From the NCBI GenBank assembly GCA_963702435.1, contig CAVPCR010000001.1:1344001-1408000 (forward strand): a DNA stretch of 64,000 nucleotides. The letters run 5' to 3'. The notes under the pieces were generated by a model. That model was not told the DNA's origin, did not search any database, and was given only the letters and a program-made list of their open reading frames with translations. Below are positions 1-9,721 of this stretch, piece after piece. Positions within the stretch are counted from its first letter, which is position 1. Every line of letters begins with the position of its first letter. A program made the translations under genes and the position numbers. Source of the DNA: Candidatus Eiseniibacteriota bacterium. GTDB lineage: Bacteria > Eisenbacteria > RBG-16-71-46 > CAVPCR01.

Positions 1-72
1 AGTGTGTCGCGCCGGGCCGGCAGCGCCTCAAGGATTCTGATCGGACGAACTCGCGCCGACCTTGATCGGTCC

Positions 73-630
73 TCACGGCCACAGGGCCGCGAAGGTGCCG
101 CCCGTGAGCAGCCCGTAGATGAGGCCGTCGAACGTGAACTTGAAGGTCGTCGTCCACGAGCGCCGGAACCAGATCGAATCCTGCCACAGCGCGAGCGCGT
201 AGCCCACGAAGGCGGTGGCGCCCGCGAAGCGGAAGACGGCCGGATACGGGCTCCCGGCCGGCAGCGCCCGCCCGGTTACGTAGGCGGCGCAGACGCTGAC
301 CACGACGCCGTAGACGAACCAGAGGAGGAGGCTCTTCCCCATGGTGAAGGGACCGTTCGGCAGGACGGTCACCATGGCGACCGGGCCCTGGTTCAGCCTG
401 GCAATGTACGCGGGGTCCTTCATCTGCGCCGAGCCGCCTGCGAACGGCATCATGTATTCGCCCGGAGGAATGCTGAATGGGCGCAGCGCCGCCATCACCT
501 CCTCCTCGGACTTGACGCGACTGAAGTTGTTGCCGTGATAGCGCAGCAGCATGTGGATGACGGAGCTCGCCACGAAGACGATGACCGCCGACAGGAGAAT
601 CGGGATCCACAGCGACATGAGCGGGACCAT
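73..630 (-). CDS. Conserved hypothetical integral membrane protein (~185 aa)
   Basis: Start re-called at MVPLMSLWIPILLSAV, with a GAGGAGG SD upstream; about four hydrophobic segments. Confidence 0.75.
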   Translation of the reverse strand: MVPLMSLWIPILLSAVIVFVASSVIHMLLRYHGNNFSRVKSEEEVMAALRPFSIPPGEYMMPFAGGSAQMKDPAYIARLNQGPVAMVTVLPNGPFTMGKSLLLWFVYGVVVSVCAAYVTGRALPAGSPYPAVFRFAGATAFVGYALALWQDSIWFRRSWTTTFKFTFDGLIYGLLTGGTFAALWP

Positions 631-799
631 CAGGACCTCCTCTCTCTCGCGTCCGAGCAACGGGGAACTGCGGCGAGCATCATAGCCGAACGCTGGGAAG
701 GAAAGCGGCGCCGGGGTGCCACCTCGCACCGCGGCGCCGCCTCGCCGGTTCGCGTGTTCGCCGGTCCGCCGGTCCGCCGGTTTGCCGGTTCGCCTGCAC

Positions 800-3628
800 T
801 CACCTGACCAGCGCGGCCTTCCTCGTCTCCCCCCGGCCGTCGCTGGCCAGCCGGATCAGGTAGATGCCGGGGCCGACCGCGCTCCCGCCGCTGTCGCGCC
901 CGTCCCAGGCGACGACATGCGGGCCGGCGCCCTGCGCGTCATCGACCAGCCGCCGCACGAGACGGCCGGCGACGTCGTAGATCCCGAGCTCGACCGGCCC
1001 GCCCGCGGGCAACCGGTAGGACACGGTGACGGGCGGCCGGAACGGATTCGCGTCCTCGATCGCGAGCGCGAACCCACCGGGGAGGTCAGGCGCCGGAGGC
1101 CCGTCCGGGGCGACGCCGCTCACCGCGCACGCCACCTCGGGCGACCACGCCGAGGCCGCGAGCCCCGCGTCGACCGCGCGGACGCTCCAGTAGTAGTCGC
1201 CGGCTGGCACGTCGAGGACGATCGAGCGACCCTGGCCGGCGTTGCCCATGAGCGGCGTCCCGTAGGTGCCTGACAGGATCTCGTGTCCGCCCGCCGTCCG
1301 GCCGACCCGGAGCGCGTAGTAGAGGCCCGCCGATTGAGTCTGGCCGTCCGCGGCCGCGTTCCAGCGGAGCCGCATGCCGCCGGGGACGACGTCGCAGCCG
1401 ACCGTCGTGGGAACTCCGGGCGGGGAGTTGCTGAGGCCGCCCGTGTTCATGTAGAGGCGAGCGTACTTCGTGTCCCAGTCGGCACCGGTCACGAAGAAGT
1501 CGAGATCGCCGTCCTGGTCCGCATCGGCCCACGAGAGCGATCCCTCGCGCACGTAGGGGAAGTAGAAGGGCTGTTCCACGAAGTCGCTGCCGGTATTCTG
1601 GCAGATCCAGGTATAGAGGCCGGAGCCGTCGTACCCGCAGATCGCGACGTCGAGATCGCCGTCGTTGTCGTAGTCGCCCCAGGCGCAGGAGCTGCGATAG
1701 ATGTTCGCCATGTTCTTCACCTGGGACAGGTTCCCGACTCCGTCATTGGCGTAGATGCGGGCGAAGTTCGGCGTGCCGCTGCCGGTGATGGCCAGATCGA
1801 GATCGCCGTCGTTGTCGTAGTCGCCCCAGGCGGCGTCCGAGAGCGAGGTCGCCGGGAGGCCGTGATCTCCATCGTTGGTCAGCACCCCGGGCGGGTTGTT
1901 CTCGTAGAAGATCGTGCGCCTCTGGACTCCGTCGCTCCCGGTGATCAAGAGATCGAGGTCGCCGTCGCGGTCCATGTCGGCCCAGTCGGCGGACCCGGCG
2001 TACACTCCGACGAGAGCGGCCGCCGCGTCCAGGGTCAGCGTGCCGAGCGGATCGTTCCTGTAGAGAAGCGCCCGGGCCTGCGCGCCGTCGTGACCGATCG
2101 TGACCAGGTCGAGATCGCCGTCCAGGTCGTAGTCGCCAAAGGCCAGAGCGGCGAGCTGGAGCCCGGTCAGCGCCTGGGCGCTGTCCCAGGTCAGGGTGCC
2201 GCTCCCGTTGTTCCTGTAGATGCGGGTGATTCGCCCGGCCGCGGTCGCTCCGGCGAGGGCGAGGTCGAGATCGCCGTCGCCGTCGTAGTCGCCAAAGGCC
2301 AGGTGCCCGCTGCTCTCGTTCTGGACGCCGTCGAGGTCCTGGCTGAACACGAGCGCCCCGCCCTGGTTCCGGTAGGTCTTCGTGACCAGGGTGCCCGCCG
2401 CGGTCTCGCCGCTCGTCACGAGGTCGAGATCGCCGTCGCCGTCGAGATCGCCCCATGCGGCATCGCTCTTCCACACGCCGGTCAGATCGCCGCCGTCCGG
2501 CGGCGTGAAGTCGTCGGCCTCGACGTAGCGGTGGTAGTTGATGTCGTAGATGGAGGCGCCGCGCGAGCTGCACACCACGTGCATGTTCACGTTGCCGTCG
2601 GTCCCGATGTCGGCGGCCGGAGAGCTGCCGCCGGCCGCCCCGATGTCGGTCTCGCCGGCCGCCGCGATCGACACATAGAGACGATTGGATCGCGTGTAGA
2701 CGCTGCAGCCGTTATCGGTGTAGCCGAGGTTGACATCGACCTCCGGCGTGAAGACATTGCCGCTGCCGAGATTCACGGAGTTCGCGAAGGTGGCCCCGTA
2801 GTCGGCGCTGTGCCGCTGGCTGGGACCCGCCGGGGCGGGCGTGTAGCGGTCGACCAAGATGTGCTGCTTGTGGGCGGCGACCGAGACCTCGCAGTAGTTC
2901 TGCGTCGCCTTGCTGATCGTCCACAGGGTCAGCGCGGCGCTCCACGCGCTCCCGCCGTTGGTGCTGCGCTGGTGCTTCACGTAGTAATTGCCGGCATCGT
3001 CCGAGTACCAGGCCACGTAAACCATCTCGGCAGCCGTTCCGCTGTTGTACGAAGCGGCCACGCGCGCCGTGCCGGTGCAACCGGTGGCGGCGGTCGTGGC
3101 GGCCGCCCAGCTCGCGCCGTTGTCCGCGCTCGAGCGGAAGAGGATCTCATCCTGGTGCGGCGAATAGCCGATCCAGGTGACATAGACCCGGCTACCGCGG
3201 GCGGCGATGTCCGGCTCATAGCCCGTGGTGGTCCCGGACGAGAGGGTCACGGTCGCGTCCCAGCTCCCGGCGGCGCCGTAGGCGGTGCTGCGGCGATACT
3301 TGATCGAGCTCGACTCGGCGTCCCAGACCACGTGCACGTACTGGCCGGAGACCGCGACGTAGGCATACGTGCAGCCGGCGGTGTGCAAGGTGATCGGGTC
3401 CGCCCAGGTGCTCCCGCCGTCGGTGCTCCTGCGATACACGAGGGTCATGGCGCTCACATCGCGCCACACCGCGTGCACGTACTGGCCGGCGGCCGCCACC
3501 TGCGGATACCGCGCATCCATGACCCCGTCCGAGATCCGGACCGGGGATTCCCAGGCCCCCGCCGCGGCACCGGGCGTCAGCAGCACGGTGGCGAGGACTG
3601 CAATGGCAAGCAATGAAGCTCTCCACAT
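800..3628 (-). CDS. Secreted protein with BNR/Asp-box repeats, FG-GAP/VCBS repeats, an FN3-like module and a C-terminal FlgD-Ig-like domain
   Basis: Signal peptide MWRASLLAIAV after an AGGAG SD; repeats SxDxGxxW and WGDYDNDGDLDL; C-terminal NPF...IYDVAGRLVR...WDGRD...GIYLIRL. Confidence 0.85.
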   Translation of the reverse strand: MWRASLLAIAVLATVLLTPGAAAGAWESPVRISDGVMDARYPQVAAAGQYVHAVWRDVSAMTLVYRRSTDGGSTWADPITLHTAGCTYAYVAVSGQYVHVVWDAESSSIKYRRSTAYGAAGSWDATVTLSSGTTTGYEPDIAARGSRVYVTWIGYSPHQDEILFRSSADNGASWAAATTAATGCTGTARVAASYNSGTAAEMVYVAWYSDDAGNYYVKHQRSTNGGSAWSAALTLWTISKATQNYCEVSVAAHKQHILVDRYTPAPAGPSQRHSADYGATFANSVNLGSGNVFTPEVDVNLGYTDNGCSVYTRSNRLYVSIAAAGETDIGAAGGSSPAADIGTDGNVNMHVVCSSRGASIYDINYHRYVEADDFTPPDGGDLTGVWKSDAAWGDLDGDGDLDLVTSGETAAGTLVTKTYRNQGGALVFSQDLDGVQNESSGHLAFGDYDGDGDLDLALAGATAAGRITRIYRNNGSGTLTWDSAQALTGLQLAALAFGDYDLDGDLDLVTIGHDGAQARALLYRNDPLGTLTLDAAAALVGVYAGSADWADMDRDGDLDLLITGSDGVQRRTIFYENNPPGVLTNDGDHGLPATSLSDAAWGDYDNDGDLDLAITGSGTPNFARIYANDGVGNLSQVKNMANIYRSSCAWGDYDNDGDLDVAICGYDGSGLYTWICQNTGSDFVEQPFYFPYVREGSLSWADADQDGDLDFFVTGADWDTKYARLYMNTGGLSNSPPGVPTTVGCDVVPGGMRLRWNAAADGQTQSAGLYYALRVGRTAGGHEILSGTYGTPLMGNAGQGRSIVLDVPAGDYYWSVRAVDAGLAASAWSPEVACAVSGVAPDGPPAPDLPGGFALAIEDANPFRPPVTVSYRLPAGGPVELGIYDVAGRLVRRLVDDAQGAGPHVVAWDGRDSGGSAVGPGIYLIRLASDGRGETRKAALVR

Positions 3629-3690
3629 GGCGCAACTCCTCTCGACGTCGAGCCTGTCCTCGCGCGATCCGTCGACCCCGGGAGGAAGGC

Positions 3691-3723
3691 AAAGCCCGGG
3701 CGCAGTGTGGCCGCGCCCGGGCT
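3691..3723 (-). terminator. Terminator/attenuator-like hairpin ~60 nt upstream of the 3628 start codon
   Basis: 11-bp stem AGCCCGGGCGC/GCGCCCGGGCT followed by a short T-run on the minus strand. Confidence 0.35.
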
Positions 3724-4188
3724 GCGGATGAATCTGTGCTGGATGCAAGACGCTCGGAGATCGCGCTGATCTCCAGCGGGCGGGCGTGGAGGGTGCGCTG
3801 CGCGCGCGGCGAGACGCCGGCGACCGGCTTCCAGCGGCCGGAACGACGGCATCTGCCGGCTGCCTACCGCCTGGCTGCCGGGCACGCATCGTCAGCCTCC
3901 ACGAGCGGGGCCGAGACGAAAGAGGTGGCGGGCTCGCCCCTGTCGGCGAGCCCCTCCGCTTCCGACATCACGACAGCCGGGACGACGGAGTCAGCAGCCC
4001 CGCAACTTCCACCATCAGTATATGGACCGGCGAGACGCCCAACAAGGCGACGCCCGGTCCCGCGACGAGGAAGAATCTACAATTCTCATGTTAACTACCC
4101 GTCAACACCACCCAGCAAGAAGGCGGCGCCGGGCGTCAGGTCTCGCCACGGCGCCGCCACGGGCGTCCCGGAGCCCGAAGGCTCGGGG

Positions 4189-6030
4189 CTACGACCCGAT
4201 CCGCACGATCCGGCGCACCATGGTGGCGTCCGGTGTCGTGAGGCGCAGGAAGTAGACCCCGCGCGGCAGCGGCCGCCCGCCGTCGCCCGTCCCATCCCAG
4301 GTGAGCTCGCCGCTCATCGCCGCATCCCCGGTGAAAAGCGCGCGCACGAGCCGTCCGGCCACGTCGTGCACCGACACATTGAGCGGCGTGATGCCGGCCG
4401 GGCCCGGAATCGAGTAGGTGAGATTGAAGGGACCCGATGCCGGATTCGGCGCGACCGCGAGCCATCCGGACGCGCTCGGCGCCGGCGCGGGCGCCGTCAC
4501 GGCCGCGGTCGCCGGACAGGTGAGGATGTAGATGCCGTCGCCGCCGATCCCGCTCAGATCGACGCGCGCAACCGCTTCGCCCGCGTCGTTCAGGCACCGA
4601 TAGCCGCCGTAGTCGCGCGCCGTGAGCGTCGAGAAATCCACGACCGCACGCCCGTCGATCAGGTCGCCCTCGCGGAGGACCTTGCACAGGCCGTCCGCTT
4701 CATCCCACAGGTAGAGGCCGCGATCGTCGCTCGAACCGCCGGGAGTGCCGCGCAGGTTCGCGGTGAAGAGCACCTGGCCGGCGGCGTTGATGCCGGTGAC
4801 GTTCCCGAAGCTCGCGAAGCGGCCGCCACCCTCGGGCACGGGCTCGTCCTCGCGCGCCACCTGGATCAGGATCAGCGAGTCGCCCCGATAGATGCCCGAG
4901 TCGTCGAGGCCGCCGCCGGCCGTCCCGGTCAAGCTGGCCCGGAAGGACACGAGGTTGCCGGCGCTGAGCGACGGATGCTGGAAGCTCGCGAAGGTCCCGT
5001 TGTGATCGGGGGCGACCTGCCCTTTGACGGCGATGCGCGCGCCGCCGAGGATGCTCCCGCCCGCGAGGTAGATCCCCTCGCCATCGCTCGTGGGGTAGCG
5101 AGTGGCGAGGAAGGCGGCGTTGCCCAGGATGTTGATCACCGGTCCCCATGGATTGTCGTAGATGCCGCCCCCGGGAGCGGGGTTGCCGCCACGGGCGACG
5201 ATCGAGATGCCGGACGGGCGCGCCTTCAGGAGCCCACCGTCGTCGAGCAGACCGCCGTTGGACCAGAGCCACGCCATCACCGCGACCTCGTTCGCGTTGG
5301 GCCGGAGGGCCGGCGGATCGGTGTCGTAGAACTGCCGGATCGAGCCATTGCCGTCAGGCATCAGCTGTCCGCCGTAGGCCAGGCGCGTGAGCGTGGTCGT
5401 GGAGGCGATATAGATAGCACCCGGGCCGGTCGTGCCGATGCCGGCGAAGAACGAGACGTCGGCCGGGACCTGGTTGTTGATCTGCGGCGGGAAGAAGGAG
5501 GCGAAGGGGGACGTGAACCCCGGGGCCGTCGTCCCCTTGCGAGCATGCTGGATGAGCGTGCCTGGACCTTCGCTCGAGTACATGCCCGCATTGTCGGTAG
5601 TGCCGCCCGGAGTGCCGGTCAGGTTGGCGGCGAAGGCGACCCGACCGCCGTTGTTCATCACGTACTGGCGCGTGACGAAATGGAGGCCGCTCGCGAAGGC
5701 GCCGCCGATCGGGAGCGCCTCGCCCTCGCGCACGATCGAGGTGTCGGGGGCTCCGGCCCGCGCCCGCGTGATCACCTCATCGTCGGCGGTGCCGCCGGCG
5801 GTGCCGGTGAGCCGGGCCGAGAACGCGACCTGCCCCCCGTCATTCAGACAGGGATCGCCGAAGCTCGTGGAGGAGCCATAGACGCCGTTGCCGTCGGGAG
5901 CGGCCTCGCCGTCGCGGGCGACCGGCACGGCCGCGGCGAGCGCCGGCTGCGGGTTGGTGAGGAGGGGGGCGAGCGCCAGCGCCGCCGCCAGGGCGGACGC
6001 GAGACGCGCGGAGAGAGCGTGGGCTTTCAT
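4189..6030 (-). CDS. Secreted NxxGxxAF tandem-repeat (beta-propeller-like) protein with a C-terminal FlgD-Ig-like domain
   Basis: Signal peptide MKAHALSARL; repeats LNDGGQVAF, MNNGGRVAF, INILGNAAF, INAAGQVLF; C-terminal PNP...DVAGRLVR...WDG...GVYFLRL. Confidence 0.8.
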   Translation of the reverse strand: MKAHALSARLASALAAALALAPLLTNPQPALAAAVPVARDGEAAPDGNGVYGSSTSFGDPCLNDGGQVAFSARLTGTAGGTADDEVITRARAGAPDTSIVREGEALPIGGAFASGLHFVTRQYVMNNGGRVAFAANLTGTPGGTTDNAGMYSSEGPGTLIQHARKGTTAPGFTSPFASFFPPQINNQVPADVSFFAGIGTTGPGAIYIASTTTLTRLAYGGQLMPDGNGSIRQFYDTDPPALRPNANEVAVMAWLWSNGGLLDDGGLLKARPSGISIVARGGNPAPGGGIYDNPWGPVINILGNAAFLATRYPTSDGEGIYLAGGSILGGARIAVKGQVAPDHNGTFASFQHPSLSAGNLVSFRASLTGTAGGGLDDSGIYRGDSLILIQVAREDEPVPEGGGRFASFGNVTGINAAGQVLFTANLRGTPGGSSDDRGLYLWDEADGLCKVLREGDLIDGRAVVDFSTLTARDYGGYRCLNDAGEAVARVDLSGIGGDGIYILTCPATAAVTAPAPAPSASGWLAVAPNPASGPFNLTYSIPGPAGITPLNVSVHDVAGRLVRALFTGDAAMSGELTWDGTGDGGRPLPRGVYFLRLTTPDATMVRRIVRIGS

Positions 6031-6225
6031 GCTAGTCTCCCGGAGCGGGCAGATGACCGGCGACCTGCATGCCTCCGTCTGCTCATCATCCCCCGCTCCT
6101 CGAAACTCGCGCCCCTGCGCCACCCGTCTGACCTGACCGCCATCGGCCGCTGCGGCCGCGACGGATCGGGGTGGCGCCTGGTGCGCGGTGACCTGATGCT
6201 CGATGACCATGGCCGGGAGGGACGC

Positions 6226-9200
6226 ATGGCCGTTGCGCCCGCTGGGTCACGGGCGACCGAAGACGAGCCTCGGTCGCCGCTCTTACGCCCTTCTTACAAA
6301 CGCCGGCCGGCAACCGGGGAGATTCGGCCCGGCGAGGGCGCCGGCGGCCTCCCCACGGGTTCCGGCCCTGCTCCCCTCCTGCCCCGGCCCCGGCTCTTCG
6401 CCCTGCTCGCCGGCCCCTGGAAGGTGGCCCTCCTCGCCGCCCCGGCCGGGTACGGGAAGACGACCCTCGCCCTCGAGTTCGCCGCGGCGGCCGGCGGGCT
6501 CTCCTGCCGCCTCCGTCGCGAGGATCACGATCCCTCTCATCTCGCAGAAAAACTGCTCGCGGCCGCAGAAAAGCGCGAGCCGCCGCTGGGAGACCGAACG
6601 TGCCGGCTCTTCGCCTCCCGCCGCGACATGGAACGGGACGGCGGCCTCCTGGCCGCGAGCCTCGCCGAGGAGCTGGCCACCGCCGCCGCAGCCGGCGGCC
6701 TGATCGTCGCGCTCGACGATTTGCAGGTACTTGCGGGTGGCCGCGAAAGTTTGCACTGGCTGGCTCGGATCATGGAGGAGTCGGGGCCGGCTGTACGCTT
6801 CCTCGTCACCTGTCGCGGCGAGTGTCCGCTGCCGCTCACCCGCCTTGCCCTCCAGGGCGGGCTCGTGACCATCGGAGCCGCGGAGCTCGAGTTCACGGCC
6901 GCCGAGCAGGCGGAGCTCTTTGCTTCCTCGTTCGGCCTCGGCGTCACGCCGGAGGAGAGCGCCACGATCCGCGCGCTGGTCGGCGGGTGGGCGGCCGGGC
7001 TCGCACTCCTCGCGCACGAGCGCCGCCGGAGCGGGCGCGCCGCGTTGCCCGCCGACCGGCAGTCCGGCGCTGCCGGCGGCGCCGAGCAACTGCTCGACTT
7101 CCTGGACGAGGACGTCGTGGCGCCGCTTCCGGCGCGCCTCCGGCGCACCCTCGCCCGCGCTGCGCTGCTCGAGGATCTCGATCCCGACGCGCTGCGCTTC
7201 CTCCTCGGCCGCGGCGACGCGGAGCATCTCCTGGTCGAGGTCTCGCGCCGAGACCTCTTCGTGCGGTCGCTGCCCGGGAGCAGCGCCGCGCTGCGGTTCC
7301 ATCCGCTCCTCGCCGAAGCGCTCCGCCGGCGCTTCGCGGCGGAGACGGACGCGGCAGAGCGGGTCCGGCTCTTGACTCGTCTTGCCCGCTACTGGATGGC
7401 CCATGGCGAGCCGGCGCGTGCGGTCCGCGTGCTCAAGGAGGGAGGAGCGCTGGAGGAAGCAGCGCGCCTCTTCGAACAGGCAGCCGAGACGGCGGCCGGC
7501 GCCAGGCGGCGCCGGGGCCCCGCCCGATCGGTGCCCGTCGCCCCGCTCGCGCCGATCGCCCCGCTCGCTCTCGTCGCGGCCCGGAGCGAGGTCGCCGCCC
7601 CGTGGCTCGAACTCCATGGCGCCTACGAGGCGCGCGATGCCGGACGGTTCGACGAGGCCATCCAGCTGGCCCGCGCCGCCGCCCGCGACTTTCTCGAGCG
7701 TCACGCCTTCCCCGAGGTCGCGCGCGCACTCGGAGTCGAGATCAGGGTCGCGATCATGACCGGCAAGTTCCGCGGCTCGCTCAAGCAGGCAGGATCCGTG
7801 CTGCGCCGGATCCCGGCCCGCGAACGGGCCGCCCGCGGGCTAATCCTCATGCAGCTCGGCGAGCTCCACCTGCATGCCGGCAGACCGGAGCGCGCGCGGG
7901 TCATGCTCGCCACCGCCGAGCGACATCTGCGCGCCACCGGGCACGAGATCGAGATGGCCGAGGTCTCGCTCCGCCGCGCGACCGTGGCCTTCACCCAGGG
8001 TCGCTGGGACGCCTACCTTCTCCTCGCGCGCCATGCGCTCGGCATCTTCCGCCACGCCGGCCACGCGACGCGCGCCCAATCGCTCCTCATCAACATGGCC
8101 GATGCCTCGATCTACCTCGGCCAGGAGGAGAAGGCCCTCGCCTACCTCGACGAGGCGGAGATCCAGACCGCGCGCTCGAGCCTCCCCAGCAACCGCGCCA
8201 TCGCGGCGATCATCCGTGCTCGTGCACACTCGGAACGGGGCGCGTTCGATGACGCCGCCCCGCACTTCGCCGCCGCCGAGGACATGGTCAATCGCTTCGG
8301 CTCGCCGAGCGCGGCACTCATTCTCGCGGTCTGGTCCGGGGTGTGGGCGCGCCGGCGCGGCGATCTGGACGTGGCAGCATCGCAACTATCGGCGGCTGTC
8401 GATGGCTTTTCGCGTCTCGACTCGCCATCATGGCTTGCTGTCGCGCGCATGGAGCGCGGCCTCGTGCGTGGGCTCCGGGGCGACCCGGCGGCCGGGCTCG
8501 CCGATCTCGCCGCGGCGGCGCGCGTTTCGCGGCGCCTCGGCGACAGGAAGGAGCTCGCCCGGAACTGGCTCTACGCCGCCCGGGTGCGCGCGCTGGCGGG
8601 CGAGGATTTCGCGCCCACGTTCCGCCGCGCACTCGCCCTCCTCGCCCGCGAGGGCTACTTCATCCTCCTGCGCAAGGAGGCCGATGTCGCGGTCCCCCTC
8701 GTCGGCGCCCTCGCGGCGACGGGCGCCGGCGGCACGCTCCTCGCGCGCGCTCGCGCCGCGCTGCCCGAGACGGCGCTGCCGGAAGCGGCACCACCGGAAG
8801 CGGCGCCCGCGGGGCCGCTCTTCGCGGTGCGCGCGACGGGCGGCGGGGAGCGCCCGGCGGTGGCGATCCGGCTCCTCGGCGGGTTCGCGGTCACGATCGG
8901 CGGCGCGCCGGCCAGCTTTCCGCGACGCGCCTCGATCGCGCTCGTCGCGCGACTCGCGCTCGCCCGCGGTGCGGCCTGCGAGCGCGAGGCCCTCGCCGAG
9001 ACGTTGTGGCCGGGCGCTCCTCCCGCCGCGAGCCGGAACCGATTCGATGTGGCGCTGTCCGCGGCGCGGCGCATCCTCGAGCCGGAGGTCGGCCCCCGGG
9101 GGCCATTTCGCGTGCTGCTCGGCGAATCAGGGCTCTACCGGCTGGGCGCCGGCGACCGCGCGACAGTGGACGTCGAGGAATTCGAGCGGCTCGCCGCGGC

Positions 9201-9666
9201 GTGCGAGCCGGTGCTCGCCGATCTCGCGCGCCGCCCATGGTCGGTGGAACGCCCGCGCCTCGCCGCCGCCGAGGTCGAGCGCCGGCGCACGCGGGTCACG
9301 GCGGCGGTCGCCGCCTATCGCGGCGAGCTCCTGCCGGAGCTGCGCTACGCGTCGTGGGCCGCAGCGGAACGCGAGCGGCTCCGCGACCGCCACCAGCGTC
9401 TCCTCGTCGGTCTCGGCGCGCTGGAACTGGCGGCGAGCCGCACCGCGGAGGCGGTCGCCCTGGCGCGCCGCGTTCTCGGGGAGGACCCGCTCTCCGAGGA
9501 GGCCGAGCGGCTTCTCCTCCGCGCGCTCGCCGCCCGTGAGGAGAACTCTGCTCTCATCCGCAGTTATCGGAGCTTCGCACGGAGGATGCAGCGGGAGCTC
9601 GATCTGGCGCCGGGCCCGGAGACCGAGGCCCTCTTCCGCGAGCTGGCGGGCGAGCCGGGGGGATGA
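6226..9666 (+). CDS. MalT-like STAND ATPase-TPR regulator with a C-terminal SARP winged-helix/BTAD domain
   Basis: Walker A APAGYGKT, ALDDL, GWAAGL, TPR-like helices, IRLLGGF...DVEEF...YRGELLP...DPLSEEA; start chosen after GGGAGG and is uncertain. Confidence 0.8.
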   Translation: MAVAPAGSRATEDEPRSPLLRPSYKRRPATGEIRPGEGAGGLPTGSGPAPLLPRPRLFALLAGPWKVALLAAPAGYGKTTLALEFAAAAGGLSCRLRREDHDPSHLAEKLLAAAEKREPPLGDRTCRLFASRRDMERDGGLLAASLAEELATAAAAGGLIVALDDLQVLAGGRESLHWLARIMEESGPAVRFLVTCRGECPLPLTRLALQGGLVTIGAAELEFTAAEQAELFASSFGLGVTPEESATIRALVGGWAAGLALLAHERRRSGRAALPADRQSGAAGGAEQLLDFLDEDVVAPLPARLRRTLARAALLEDLDPDALRFLLGRGDAEHLLVEVSRRDLFVRSLPGSSAALRFHPLLAEALRRRFAAETDAAERVRLLTRLARYWMAHGEPARAVRVLKEGGALEEAARLFEQAAETAAGARRRRGPARSVPVAPLAPIAPLALVAARSEVAAPWLELHGAYEARDAGRFDEAIQLARAAARDFLERHAFPEVARALGVEIRVAIMTGKFRGSLKQAGSVLRRIPARERAARGLILMQLGELHLHAGRPERARVMLATAERHLRATGHEIEMAEVSLRRATVAFTQGRWDAYLLLARHALGIFRHAGHATRAQSLLINMADASIYLGQEEKALAYLDEAEIQTARSSLPSNRAIAAIIRARAHSERGAFDDAAPHFAAAEDMVNRFGSPSAALILAVWSGVWARRRGDLDVAASQLSAAVDGFSRLDSPSWLAVARMERGLVRGLRGDPAAGLADLAAAARVSRRLGDRKELARNWLYAARVRALAGEDFAPTFRRALALLAREGYFILLRKEADVAVPLVGALAATGAGGTLLARARAALPETALPEAAPPEAAPAGPLFAVRATGGGERPAVAIRLLGGFAVTIGGAPASFPRRASIALVARLALARGAACEREALAETLWPGAPPAASRNRFDVALSAARRILEPEVGPRGPFRVLLGESGLYRLGAGDRATVDVEEFERLAAACEPVLADLARRPWSVERPRLAAAEVERRRTRVTAAVAAYRGELLPELRYASWAAAERERLRDRHQRLLVGLGALELAASRTAEAVALARRVLGEDPLSEEAERLLLRALAAREENSALIRSYRSFARRMQRELDLAPGPETEALFRELAGEPGG

Positions 9667-9721
9667 TGAGGCAGGATGGCGGGATGAGCGCCCGGCCGGC
9701 ACCTGCGCTATGCTGCGCGCC

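Noticed and set aside
3613..6225. N-terminal ~870 aa of the 2017-aa ORF
   Set aside because: It is the antisense shadow of the 4189-6030 gene in high-GC DNA; recognisable domains start only after ~6226.
7874..9721. N-terminal half of the 1252-aa ORF
   Set aside because: It is an alternative frame over the regulator gene with Arg/Pro-rich non-protein-like composition; the real gene starts at about 9722.
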